A stretch of DNA of 62,226 nt, the filler included, from Rhabdomonas costata (lineage: Eukaryota): NCBI GenBank assembly GCA_019059605.1. It is 17 parts of 17 records of this genome, joined end to end, with 100 filler letters (N's around TTAATTAATTAA, not from the genome) between each part and the next. Parts side by side here need not be neighbours in the genome. Positions count along the whole stretch, not along the records: positions 10,995 to 14,559 come from JAHMHO010000721.1; positions 14,660 to 18,211 come from JAHMHO010000722.1; positions 18,312 to 21,875 come from JAHMHO010000723.1; positions 21,976 to 25,535 come from JAHMHO010000724.1; positions 25,636 to 29,198 come from JAHMHO010000725.1; 12 more parts are not named here. One strand, given 5' to 3'. The notes under the pieces are model-generated. The model was not told the DNA's origin. It did not search any database and worked only from the letters and a program-made list of their open reading frames with translations. Positions 12,631 to 26,804 of this stretch are shown here, piece by piece; position 1 is the stretch's first letter, and every line of letters begins with the position of its first letter. The translations under genes were made by a program, and so were the position numbers.

Positions 12631-14282
12631 CTGAGAGGAAAAGCAGGTTTAGCATCAATGCACTATATTCTCTGCAATTCTGTAACTACGACACGAACGA
12701 GCAACACAGAGACGCGACCCAGATAATAGCATTTGTCCCCGTGCCAAAACTTAACGTCGAGGACTCGCCTTTTTGGATAACGCGTGTACCTAGAAGTACC
12801 TGAAAAGCAAAGGACCACTGAAAAAGCACCAAACGGGAAGACCTGCCATCGTAGAAGAAGTAACAGTAGGAGCCCACGGCAAGTGCGTTAAAACGCAGAG
12901 GGATAGCGTCACGTTATCTTTTGAAACCTCCACCTTCATGGCATACCTCCCCTCGGGGGTATTTGATGAGCCATACATGCCTGTCAGTTTTGTTCCTGAA
13001 GGGCAAAGGTGCTCCCGTAATTATTCCACTAAATGGGGGAAAGGGATAAATAAGATATCATTGACCCCCTCCCTCAATTCCGCAACTTTGTCACAACAAC
13101 GTTTTCGTCTCTTCACGGGCACGAGGCTAAGTCTCACCTGCATCATTGATGAGTTTCCAAGGAAAACCAGCATATGGAAGTTTCGCCTTCTTTTGCAGTA
13201 TTGTGTTCGCTCTTTTCAGAGTAGTTCTTTCCCCCCACTGGTGACAACCAGATGCATACATCGTTTCGAAGGTCAACAAGGACGACTCACAATGCACGGG
13301 CGACAAACCCGCAGTGGGTGTACAAAAAGGTCAGAATGTCCATTCCTCAAAATCCGCCAGAGCTCAAGACTCGCGCGTCTTCCGCACTGGGCAGGCCCAC
13401 AGAAGGGAGGGAGAAGCCTTCGGCCTGATATCCAAGCGGAAGGCCACCAATATCGGAATAGCGTCAAACAGCAACATGACCGGACGGCCAGCTCCACGGA
13501 CCACCCTTGGAAAACCTCGAAATGACATGAAAAATCATCAGCAGGTGTCGTGCCAAAGTGCAACTCGTCATCCCGTGCAGCCAAGCAACTGAACCAGCAG
13601 CATTGCGAATACTATAATCACGTCACGTTTTGATACCTGTCAAAAGTCAGGCAGCCAGCATCAGCGGCTGGAACTACGATGGCCCTCAGAAATCCTTAAT
13701 CGCAGCATCTGCAACCATCCGCAACCAGGGAGATGCTATGCTCACGATCCATCAGAGTCCATTTCTTGGCATGAAAAAGTCGAGGTTGCCCACCGTGAAG
13801 CCCATCACGAACCTACAGAGATCACCGCATGTTGTCATCCCATTTCGAGGCAGTATGAAGTCACCGGGAGTGTGCTCTTCATTCTGGAAAGAAACCTCAT
13901 TGAAGCCTGAAGCAACCCTCTTTCAGGCAAACGTACTCGGAACAAGCTGTACCCCGGCAGATCCCATTTCGCCCTCAATGTGAGTCGGGGGAGTGGTTTC
14001 ACTGAACCAACCATCCTCATAACCCCCGGGTTTGGGGTCAAGCCGACTTCGGGAGCCTGCGGACATGTTTGCTTGCTTTGCTTTGTTATGCTTTGATTGC
14101 TCCATGCGAGAATCCAAGCCTCCACGCTCCCCATTCCGAGGCATCGAATCTTCTTCCGCTGCCCGACCGTTTATCGGGAGCAGATCACCCCTCTGCTTCC
14201 AGGAAGAGAGGTTCTTGCAAAACATTACTGGCACATAACAGCGCATAAGCAAGCAAGCAAGCAAGCAAGCAAACACACGCAC

Positions 14283-14559
14283 TTGGGTGCACCACGACGC
14301 GGTCGTCGACGCAGACTCGAATGGGGCGGCCCTCGTAGTTGAACTTCACCTCGTACACCCCGTACCTTTCATCCATCCTCTCCACCACGCGCCTCACCCC
14401 CACCGACTCCAGCCGCACCGCCGTGGCCAGGGCGGCCAGGAACCAGCAGTCCCCCAGGGTGCCCTGCTGCACGTCGCTGATCCGGTTGCTGTCCGAGCAG
14501 AAGAACTGCTTCCCTTTGTACAGCTTGTGCGCGGGCATCCACATGCTTGGGCTCCAGTT
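14283..14559 (-). CDS. Calpain-like cysteine protease (CysPc) exon
   Basis: DVQQGTLGDCWFLAALA (catalytic Cys)...YGVYEVKF...VCVDD; GT donor at 14282; rest of the gene not traced. Confidence 0.85.
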
Positions 14560-15149
14560 NNNNNNNNNNNNNNNNNNNNNNNNNNNNNNNNNNNNNNNNN
14601 NNNTTAATTAATTAANNNNNNNNNNNNNNNNNNNNNNNNNNNNNNNNNNNNNNNNNNNNTGTGGGGGGTGGAGGCGTGGCCCCCGTGACCGCAACTCCTT
14701 TGGGGCCCTGTACAGTGCTGTGCTTAGAGCTGCGCTGCGATCCTCATGTTCCTGTCTTGAAGCTTATCTGGGTTGATTGTGTCTCAGTAGCTGTGTCCAC
14801 GAGAAGGAGGCTCTGTTGTACTTTGTTAATGACTTGCCTCCGCACTTGGCTGGTAGACCTCCCGCAATTTCTTCCCAAGGAAAAGGGATTTTGTGGGTTC
14901 AGCAACCTGCAGTGGGTATGGCGCCGCGTCGGTTTGGACTCGTCTGAGAGCACATACGATGAGTTTTTTTTTCCAAATCATCTCTGGTGGTGGAGCTTTG
15001 TTGCCACAGTCCCAGCCGACTTGTTATGTCACACCTAGGGACTGTTCAGATGCTTGAAATGACGTTCGAGCGCTCCCTCAGAAGTGCTTTCAGCCGATCT
15101 CTTCACGGCTCTACTTGTTGTTGCTGTATCTGTCGTTAGGGGGTACTAG

Positions 15150-17284
<2,135 letters not shown>

Positions 17285-17755
17285 GTATTGCCGTTTCTCT
17301 CTGCTGGAGGGAAAGAAAAAAGACATTTTTGGTTGGTTCGGCTTAGCCCTCTTTCGCATTTTTGTTTAGACGCACGAACAGAGAATGTGCTTGGTACAAT
17401 CCGGGGGTTTTGATGGTTTCCCAGGCGCCGTCACTCGAAGGGAGGACGCCTTTCTTTTCATAATTTTCGAGACAAAACGTTGTGTTATAAAGCGACTATG
17501 CATGGGATGGCGCCACGTTCGGTGCGGTCGTTTTGTCCTTTTGAAAAATGACCTTTTCTTATTTTTGGAACAGAAAACCCACAGCAGCAACATGGCTTGC
17601 CCGCACAAGCGGGGAGCCCGTGGGCGACCACGATTCAGAGCAGGCAAGTCTTATGCCGTCATTGAGGGCAAATAGACAACACAGGCGCCAAAAGAAAAGC
17701 ATACCCACTCTCCGCACAGCCACACCCACACCGCGTAGAGACCCGTTTCTAACTT

Positions 17756-17831
17756 CTTCCGCTGTGATGACAAGTCTTGGGATGTTGAGTCTTCAATGAT
17801 CGATATTCGATGAGCCTTTCTGACGCGGGAG
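17756..17831 (+). ncRNA. Candidate box C/D snoRNA, copy 1
   Basis: Box C GTGATGA 17764-17770, box D CTGA 17820-17823, terminal stem CTTCCGC/GCGGGAG, internal C'-like CGATGA; sense strand, downstream of the epimerase donor. Confidence 0.4.
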
Positions 17832-17900
17832 TCACAGCATTCATCCCTCATTGCTGATTCGCTCCTTTTTGTCCTTTTGAAAAATGACCTTTTCTTACTT

Positions 17901-17976
17901 CTTCCGCTGTGATGACAAGTCTTGGGATATTGAGTCTTCAATGATCGATATTCGATGAGCCTTTCTGACGCGGGAG
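17901..17976 (+). ncRNA. Candidate box C/D snoRNA, copy 2
   Basis: Copy of 17756-17831 offset by 145 nt with one substitution; box C 17909-17915, box D 17965-17968. Confidence 0.4.
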
Positions 17977-18943
17977 TCACAGCATTCATCCCTTATCACT
18001 GACTCGCCTTTTTTAACGCCTTTTTCTTATCATTCCTGCGCTTTTCACTTTTTTCATTCTGAGCAGTGACCACTCTTGCTGTGCTTTTTGTTTCGTTCTC
18101 TCTGCGAAGCACTTCGTAATCATGTGGCCAAGGCGGCGATGCCAACCCATAGAAAGTTGAGACCAACTCAGTCATTCAAGAATTAAGGGAAACAAGGGAA
18201 TCCCAAACAAANNNNNNNNNNNNNNNNNNNNNNNNNNNNNNNNNNNNNNNNNNNNTTAATTAATTAANNNNNNNNNNNNNNNNNNNNNNNNNNNNNNNNN
18301 NNNNNNNNNNNGGGGTGTGGGACACAGAGTGCAGGCAGGACTAAGACCGCCGTTGACTTCGTTGGAGTTGCCCATTTCTCCACCTTGGGAACGTGCGACT
18401 TGGGCGGAAGTGGAAGTGAATGCCACACGGTTCCCAGATTCAGTTAGTCATGACGTGCCTGTGGATAACACGGTGCAGATGTAACAAATCCATGGAATCT
18501 CCGATGGTTGCGTGACCAATGGAATCCCTGCTTCAGCCTGCACACCCGCAATCACCTCTCACGAACTCCCAGAACGTTTGGTTTGACCAGAAATAACGTT
18601 CCTTGGTTCGGATGAGCACCCTGATAATTCCGGCTATAACCGTACCAGCACCGTACCAGCAAACGCGCAAAGAGAGACATATGCTTCACATAAGCCCATC
18701 GCTCCTCCTTGCAAGTCGGTCGGATGGCTCATGGAGCATCTCCTCTTCTTCTAAGGGGATTTGCCCCTCTTTTCCTCACTGAGACCCAAGTTCCCAGAGG
18801 ATGAACGCAGTTTTGGGCTGAGTGAGAGGGGCGGTGGGCTGCCCCTGGGCTTCGTTGAGGAGCGTATGGCCTCCTCTGAGAGGCCGAGCGGAAACTCGGC
18901 GAGGAGGTGAGTTTCCCTTGTCCCCACCCCCCCTCCAGTGCCA

Positions 18944-20698
18944 ATGCGCAGACCGGCCCTCCAGCTGCGGGTGCTGGCTGTGGTGCTGGCCGCGGTGGTT
19001 CTCACGGTGCTCAACGGCGCCGCTGTGGTACGGATGGCCGCGGGGCAGAGGACCGGGCGAAGTGTTGGCATCCCAGCGGCGGCTGGTGGAAGAGTCAGAG
19101 GAGGTACCCTGTCACTGTGGATGGGTGTGCCCACCCCCGCAAACCCGGACACCTTGCAGGGGTTCAGAGATGGGCAAGGCCCTCACGGTGCCCAGCCCAG
19201 ACCACAGACACCGATGACGGAGCCTGCTCCTGCAGGCATGCCCCCGCCCTCATTCCCACGATTGTTCATTCTTGTTCATTGTTCATGTTTGTGCATTCCG
19301 TTCGGGTGCATGGTTGGGGGTGCACGTGCACAGCGAAAATATTCCCTTCCTTTTTGTTTGTTTGGTGTTGCCCGAAAAGACGGGCTTCTGGTCCGTGCTG
19401 TTTTTATATCTCCTTCAGCGCGATGTGTTTGCATCGGTTGAAGAAAGTTTCCCCCACCAACAGTTTTCTGCGGATGTGCAGGACCCTCTATGGACCCGGT
19501 TCCCTTTCCTCGAACGTCATCAGCCAAATGATCACCCCGCTTCCGGCGTGGAACTGTAACAAAACTTTTGTATCTCTCATGTTGGGTCTGCCTCTCACGG
19601 CCCTTGGTCTTTGTTTATGCTTAAAATCCGCCCCCTTAAAATGCGCCCCTGGAAAAGCGTTTGAGCTGGAAAAGTTCTCCCTTCTGTGTCTCCCGCGCCA
19701 CCTTAGCTCGAGTTACTGCACCTTCACCTTCGCCTGCTTCTCCTCCGGTGGTTGTGCCTGAGACTTCTGTGACATCATTGCCGGGCCTTGGACTTGGTGA
19801 CACCGCGCCAAAGCCTGCTGAGGCTTCTTCTGCTTCTTCTTCGGCTGCTGAGGATCCCCTGCCGCTGTGTTGGCCCACTGCTCAGCCTGCGGGACGGAGT
19901 GATGGACACTCGCGGCGCGTTTCAGGGCTGGGGGGCACCCCTGGTGACCCTGCAGACGTGGGGCTTCCCCGCGGGCCCTTCGATGAGGGTGACCCGTGGA
20001 TCGGCGGGGCGGCCCTGCCGTACACCACCCTGCGATGGTTCTTGTTTTCTATCCTTGGTTCTCTGGAAGCGTGTGGAGCTTCCTTCGTGGTGGGCTCGCT
20101 TGAAGCGCGTGGGAGATGGGCACATGTATTGTATTGGTTTGAATGTGAATGCGTTTCTGGTCTCCGTGTCGGCAGGGCCGGTTGCTTGAGTGTCCACGCT
20201 TGTATCACGCGCTGTTGGTGCTGTTCTCAATTGGATTATCTTGCTGACTAGGTATCTGTGAACCTGTCTGATGTGCAATCCCCTTCATGCACCGTCGAGC
20301 TCCAAAAGGATTCTTGGAGATGGGATGTCGTCTCCCATCTAAACAGTTTGTTTCTCCTCTGTCTGTGTCGCTCTGGTTTACCCAACGTGCTACCTGTAGC
20401 AATATACACAACAAGAGGTGGTTTGGGTCATTCTCCGGACATACGGGAATCGCGCAGGCACCGAGCCCATAAGCCCATCGTGCCCCCTGTTCTGCTGGCC
20501 GTGCAGCGCCATGTGAACTTCTCCGAGATGAGTCCGCGGACCCGGGACAGCGGAACCCCCGATGCGATTTCCTCCGTGGTAACCGGACTTCGGAAGTGCG
20601 CCAACGGCGGAGGGAAAGAGGTTGACCCCCGGATGCTCGACCTGTCATGCTTCATCGAGCAGTTCGAGCAGCCTGCCCCCACGGCCTTCTGTGATAAG
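18944..20698 (+). CDS. Hypothetical type II membrane protein with Pro/Ala/Ser-rich stalk, 3'-partial; exons 18944-19235, 19707-20037, 20458-20698
   Basis: MRRPALQLRVLAVVLAAVVLTVL (signal anchor); phase-consistent joins (GC-AG phase 1, GT-AG phase 2); no family recognised. Confidence 0.5.
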
Positions 20699-22002
20699 GT
20701 GAGCACGCACAGTCAGCAGAATCACCAGCGTCAACGCGCTAATCACAGGGCAGATAGCCCTAAGGCAAGCGCGGATGTGTCCCTCGAAAGCCTGACAACG
20801 TTGACGATGGAAGACCAAGGGGGGCGCATGTAGATTGGACGCAGTATGTTAGTCCAATGAGGTTCCCCAGCAGCAGGAGCAGCAGGAGTTTTCAACCAGT
20901 TTCTTCCGATTTCACTCAAATGAAGCTCATAGCAAACGCGTGCACGGGCGCAAGGGGGGGCTGGACGGGAGGCAGGTCTTTGGGGTCGGATTGCTGAGGC
21001 AGCTGCAAGCAAGCCCGCTTGCGCTTTGCCGCCCCTTCCCTGCTGCGAAGCCCTGTGGGTCGGAGCTCAGCTGCCACACCGTGCGCATTCCCGGACACTC
21101 CACGGACACCTCCGTGTGCACGGGGTACGCTGCCTGAGTTGCATCCACGCATCTCAATGGCTGGGTTGTGTGGGCGTATGGGTCGTCGCAAATTAGCAGA
21201 AGGGATAAAGGCCAGGCGTGAAGCGCCACCACGAGGAGAGAGGTCGTCGTTCATGTTCTGTGCATGTTTGAACAAAATTGCTTGCTGATGCAAATGCAAA
21301 GATGCTGGAATACTCAATCCAGTGAAAGTCCCAGAACCAGGTTTAAATGCGTGGTTGATTTTTTCCAGCTCCTCCGCCCAGCTGCAGCAGAGGAGGGATC
21401 CGCAGCCCAAGTAGAGGCCAGGCAAAGCGGGAGAAGATTTCGACAGACCCGCCGGAGGGCCGGAGGTAGAAAAGACCTCCATCAGAACAGTTCCCAAGCA
21501 CTTACTATGTGTGGGTGTTCCTCTCGACTATCATCCCGACAAAAAAATAACCAGAACAGGAAAACAGGCACACAATGCTCTTCACGATTCTCGCGGACAG
21601 GGTGGCTGGCAGTGACAAACAACCGACACGGTTGGACGGCGAAGATTTGCGGATACCAGGGAGGAAAACGACAAGGAGGGCTACAAAGTGAAGTAACAAG
21701 TGAGACCGAGTGAGTTGGTGGGACATGCACACGTTGCACATAAGACAGGTGGTGCGTAGACGCCACACATCGCAGGGTAACAAAGGTTCTGTGTGTACAC
21801 GTGCAGGCGGCAGGTTCTGGTGCGGTACTCCGCGATGCGGGGTAGCGGCGCGGCGCCGTACCCAACCCCCACAACNNNNNNNNNNNNNNNNNNNNNNNNN
21901 NNNNNNNNNNNNNNNNNNNTTAATTAATTAANNNNNNNNNNNNNNNNNNNNNNNNNNNNNNNNNNNNNNNNNNNNTGTGTGGTTTGGACCACGCCACTTT
22001 AA

Positions 22003-22129
22003 TGGCATCCAATACATCTTAGCGTCTGCCGATTCCTCAATTCAGTAAGCCATTAAAGTGGCGTGGTCCAAACCGCCTATCGGCAGCAATATCCATACTT
22101 CCTCGACGTCGTCTCGGAGTTCGGTTTAG
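22003..22129 (+). repeat. 127-bp direct repeat identical to 25409-25535
   Basis: TGGCATCCAATACATC...CGGAGTTCGGTTTAG occurs at both ends of the contig. Confidence 0.95.
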
Positions 22130-24759
22130 CTCCGGATATGTCGGGCCATTTTAATTGCCAAGAGGGAACAATCCGAGAGATGGAGACATAACTGTACAGA
22201 GTTGGGGTTTGGGCACTAAGCCCGGGTATAGCCTCGGCCACGGCCTGGGCCCCTATTGATCAGCCCTGATATGTCGGTGTGGATCGGTTGAGCGGGCGAC
22301 TGGTGAGGTTGTCGCAGAGGTCTGAGCTGAGCGGTTAGCCCACCGGGTGTAATTTGCTCGCTGTACCGGTTGACACTCATGGCAAAGAAGCTCGAGGTCT
22401 CGTGGTATGGGATGATTTTTGACAGCAGCTCTACAGAGATACGCTTTGACTTGTTGTTGTTCAGCCTCCGAGTTGGTGCTTCGGTGGTGTTAGATCGTCT
22501 ATCGTCAAGATACTGATCCTCAGAGGTGGCAGGTCTCTCATTTGTGGCGTATTTGAGTTGTCAGATGGAGTGGTTGTGGTAGGTAGTGTTAATTGGGTGT
22601 GACACAGGTAAGGAAATAAAAATAGTTCAGTTCGCTGACGGCAACCGGCGAAACAGATGCTGAGATGAGCGGACAATACGTCGCATGAACTGGGGCCTCC
22701 GTTCCCTTCTGGTGGAGCGCCACCTTGGTATCCAGGAATTCATATGCTCTGGTGGTGGCTGCTTTTTTGGCAACTGCCATTAACTTCTGGAAAGCTGTTC
22801 TTTCCGTTCCCCGCGCCAGTTGTTCGTCCAATTGACCTTCGTTGGGCTTGGCCTTGGCCAAAGTCTCCGAAATTCCCATCCAAGCGCATTTCCACGCCGT
22901 GGGCAACAACAACACATGGCATGCACAGAGCCCGCGGGGTAAGCCGAGTGGTCCCACGGATCGCTCATTTGCCCCGCTGCATGAAATTTCTTTTCAACCT
23001 GCCTGCCGGCAGTCTTATGCTTAATTTTACGGCGGGTCGCTTGGTTTGAACAACATCGTCAAGCTCCAATGCAGAAACAGAGACCTGGTTGGAACTTTGA
23101 ATTTGTTTCCGCTTCCTGCGGATTGGCATACTACAAAACTTTAACACTCCGTACGGCTAGACTGATCGGTGCTTGGCTATCGTGGGTTCTGGGGGAACGA
23201 CCTCTGAAAATTCTGCGGTGTGGCAAACTTTGGGTTCAACTTACCAGTAATCTTCTTCCATCGTTCCTGTGATTGGGCACGTGATTCAAAATGAGTCCAC
23301 CCCCGAATGCTCCTGGACGTCCCATATTCTTCCTCCTATCCAAGCATTGGCCTTTTTGGGTATCCAATTAACCTGAGATTGTAGCGTCGTAAAAAAGCAA
23401 TAGCCCAGCACGTCTTGATCACTCTGAAAGCAATTTGATCAACATGGTGCCAAAATTCCGACAGCTCGGACAAAGTGCATCACGGAAAGTCCTTCGTTTG
23501 CAACCTCACCGTGTGCCACATCTGCCACGGTACCTCAGCAAACGCACTGCCACATGTGATTTGCCGAAGTTCCTTTCCAAAGTGAAGACATACAAAATAT
23601 TCATCCACATTGACGCTGAACATTATCAAGGTTTGGACCCTATTTCAGCGGAAAGCGATAAAACACCCAAGTCAAACACACTCGACGAAGAAGTTGAGCG
23701 CGCGTGGGAAGCTTTCCGCACCACGCATCCCCCTCTGCCACAACATACGGCTGCTCCGCAGGCGTCTTAAGAGCCGTTAGCGTTGCAACAAGTGGCTCAA
23801 TTGCCGCAAACAATGCCGCTCGAGTCCACACCCATGTCATCCAATGTGCCGACGAGGTTGCAATACAACGTTTATTTAGGAATACAGGTCGGCTAACCTT
23901 CGAAAGGAGCTCCACTACTAATGGTTGCGCAAGCCTTCAGCGTGCAGTGAGAATGCAAATCTCGACGCGGAGATTGGCAGAGATACACGAAGAGAGAAGA
24001 GCGTAGGTATCTTGGCCGCTATACATCCCACTCTCCTGCATCCTCCAAGAAGTCTCGGAAATCCTCAGCTTCTTCCAGCTCCAGTAGAAGACACAGACCA
24101 GGGTCCAGAGATAGCTTCCGCCTCTTGAAGAAAAAGAGCATCGCAGGAACAAGGAGCGCTGAGACCGCAGAGACAGCAACAGACAGCGAAGTGAGAGCGC
24201 AGTGACAAAGTCAAATGCTTCTAGTTGCCCCATTCCTTCCACAAGATTCCACGAGACTAGGGAGCTGGACACCGCTGTCAATCTTCCCAGCACAAGCAGG
24301 CTGATGACCCGTTATTCAATTGGAAGAACAACTGGAAAAAATGAGATTTCAATGCCACGGATCACTAACAGCAAACATTAGATCAGGACTTCCAATATCA
24401 CGATGCGCCTGCTTAACTGGATGTGAACCAGATTTTTGATGAAAGAAACCAACAATTGGACGTCAATGCTGTTTTTGGGGATAATAAATTTGTGATGTAT
24501 GCATTTGCAGTGCGTCCACACTTAGAGGAAAAGGAAGCAATAGAACATTCCAACAAAGTGGTTAGATTCAAACTGGAGGTAATTTTGCTTCAGCCCCAAC
24601 ACTACCAACCGGAAGAGGCTTCTGCACTTCCATTGGTGGAACAATGCATGGTATTGGTACTATCCAGCGACTTTCCTGCACAGCGGTTTAGTCCACTTTC
24701 AGTTGTACAGAACGATTCCAAGTTCATGAAGATTTCATGTGAACCGCATCAAAGCTTTT

Positions 24760-25000
24760 GAAGTGACACACTGTTCCAAGCAATCTACCAGAACTTATTG
24801 GATCTTTTTGCAAGCCGAAAACATCATCAATTGCGCAGGTACTTTATGCTGATCCGGAGGGCCTGGTAGACGAGGGCTACGACGCCTTCAACTACCACTT
24901 GGGACCTGACCAGATCATAGAGGTACTTGACAAAATACTCGCTGACAGGAGCGTGGTACTGTTGGCTGCACCGTACTGGCCGGATGCCCCGTGGTACACC
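24760..25000 (+). pseudogene. Retroelement-type (DIRS-like) N6-adenine DNA methyltransferase domain relic
   Basis: LFQAIYQNLLDLFASRKHHQLRRYF / frameshift ~24845 / ADPEG...YDAFNYH...IIEVLDKILADRSVVLLAAPYWPDAPWY matches the DLFAS...DAF...(xPP)..I..VL.KI...P.WP...W pattern; the xPP motif segment is missing. Confidence 0.7.
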
Positions 25001-25408
25001 GGAGTCTCGGTCCAAAACACCGTCTCTTGATGATGAATCTGTTGGTGTTCTCACACTGCGATCGCTGGATGAACCGGAAAAACCCAAACCAAAAACGTCT
25101 GCCTTCAGTCGTTGGAGTGTGCATCTATTTGAGATTGTGCTGAACCTCTTTGAGGAAGACTTCGGGATCAGGGTAGTTCGACTGTCGGTGTCCGAGTCTT
25201 CGGGGGTGGCATTCCCGATGCCTTCGAAATTCCGACGCCTTTGCATTCCATTTGCGCTGGCATTAGCGATGTTTTGTTTTTGCATTCCAAAACGTTCTGA
25301 AATATGGGCAGCGGCACAATATAATTCCGAAGGCTTCAGGTACCCTGTCGGTAAGACTTGGTCGCTTTCGGCCCTTTGGCTCACTACTTCGGCGTCCGAC
25401 TTGTACTT

Positions 25409-25535
25409 TGGCATCCAATACATCTTAGCGTCTGCCGATTCCTCAATTCAGTAAGCCATTAAAGTGGCGTGGTCCAAACCGCCTATCGGCAGCAATATCC
25501 ATACTTCCTCGACGTCGTCTCGGAGTTCGGTTTAG
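25409..25535 (+). repeat. 127-bp direct repeat identical to 22003-22129
   Basis: Exact match at the contig end. Confidence 0.95.
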
Positions 25536-26804
25536 NNNNNNNNNNNNNNNNNNNNNNNNNNNNNNNNNNNNNNNNNNNNTTAATTAATTAANNNNNNNNN
25601 NNNNNNNNNNNNNNNNNNNNNNNNNNNNNNNNNNNAAGCGGGGGGGGGGGAGCAATGCCTGAAAGGGCCATGAGCCATTTCACACCCCCCGGCAAGGTTG
25701 CTATGGTTACGGTTTTATGGTGCTTCTAGGCGTTGTGGCCCTGCCATGCCAGACCTCCAAGTTCTCTTAAGTGTTCTGCCTGTCATACTGGCCGTCAAAG
25801 TGTTGCATGCGGGTGGCAGGAAGTCAAGTAATTTGGTTTGCGTGCACTTGCCTCGCCACTCGCTGAGAAAAATGGTGCTGTTTGCTTTTGCCCGTCGTGC
25901 CGTTAGCTTTGAGCCTAGGGCACGTTCGACTTCAGTCAGATTTGTCGTCTCCATCTTTCGGACGACAGAAAAACGACAAAATGACGATACAACATTCCTC
26001 TGGGCCGCAGCAGACTATTGATATCTCCAAGGCCCTGGAACGGGATCCAAGTGGACCTCGAAGTGAGGCAGCCTCCGGGCAATGTGGGTTGGGGTCGGTT
26101 TTTGGGGTTTGATCCCCACCTGTGGGTCTCTTTGTATTGTTTCTCAAGCCGCTGTACTCCAGCCCACCTCGGTGTCGGATGAACTTTCACTGGACCGGGC
26201 AGCACAGTGGGGGCGAGCGGAGAACTACGCTACGGTGTCCCGGTTTGAAGTGTCGCTGCTCACCGTTTCCTGTTTCCCTGCTACTTGCGAGAACGTGCGA
26301 GAGTGTCATTCAACATAAAAGAAGTGGATTTCGAAATGTTATGATGCCGTTATGGTGCCTTTAATTCATTGTGTACTGTGTTAGGGAGAAACGCAACTCA
26401 TCGTCGAAGCCAACTCTTCACTTGCAATTGTGGGGAAAGTGGAAAATTAAAGTCAGTACAAAAAAGAACTGCACTTTGAGCAGCCGCAAAGAAGTCGAGC
26501 GTGGTGAGGGTGCAGACCTGTTGGCTCGCGTTGCGTGGGAACGCGAATTGGTCAGAGAGAGGAAAAGAGAGAGGGAAAGAAGCAGCATGAAGCGATGGGA
26601 CGCACTGCGTTTGCAAACCAAAACGAATCCGGATCGAGAACTGAGAACAAGTAAGAAAGAGTGCAAAAGAGGCTTGCGGCCTCTCTGTGTTTGAAGGGAG
26701 GTCGGATTCATGCCCGCCACTTCTGCTGGCATAAATCTTTTCGGCTTGAAATCCCAGCCTCGATCTTTGCGCACAGGGGACCTGCTCAGTCCTGGGAAGC
26801 GCGC

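Noticed and set aside
21981-22074. 26-bp inverted repeat as a DIRS inverted terminal repeat
   Set aside because: The left arm is absent from the equivalent position before 25409 and sits at a tailed contig tip; likely fold-back chimera.
23150-24780. Stop-codon reassignment to explain long stop-interrupted frames
   Set aside because: TAA, TAG and TGA all occur along with frameshifts, and conserved host exons have no in-frame stops; this is decay.
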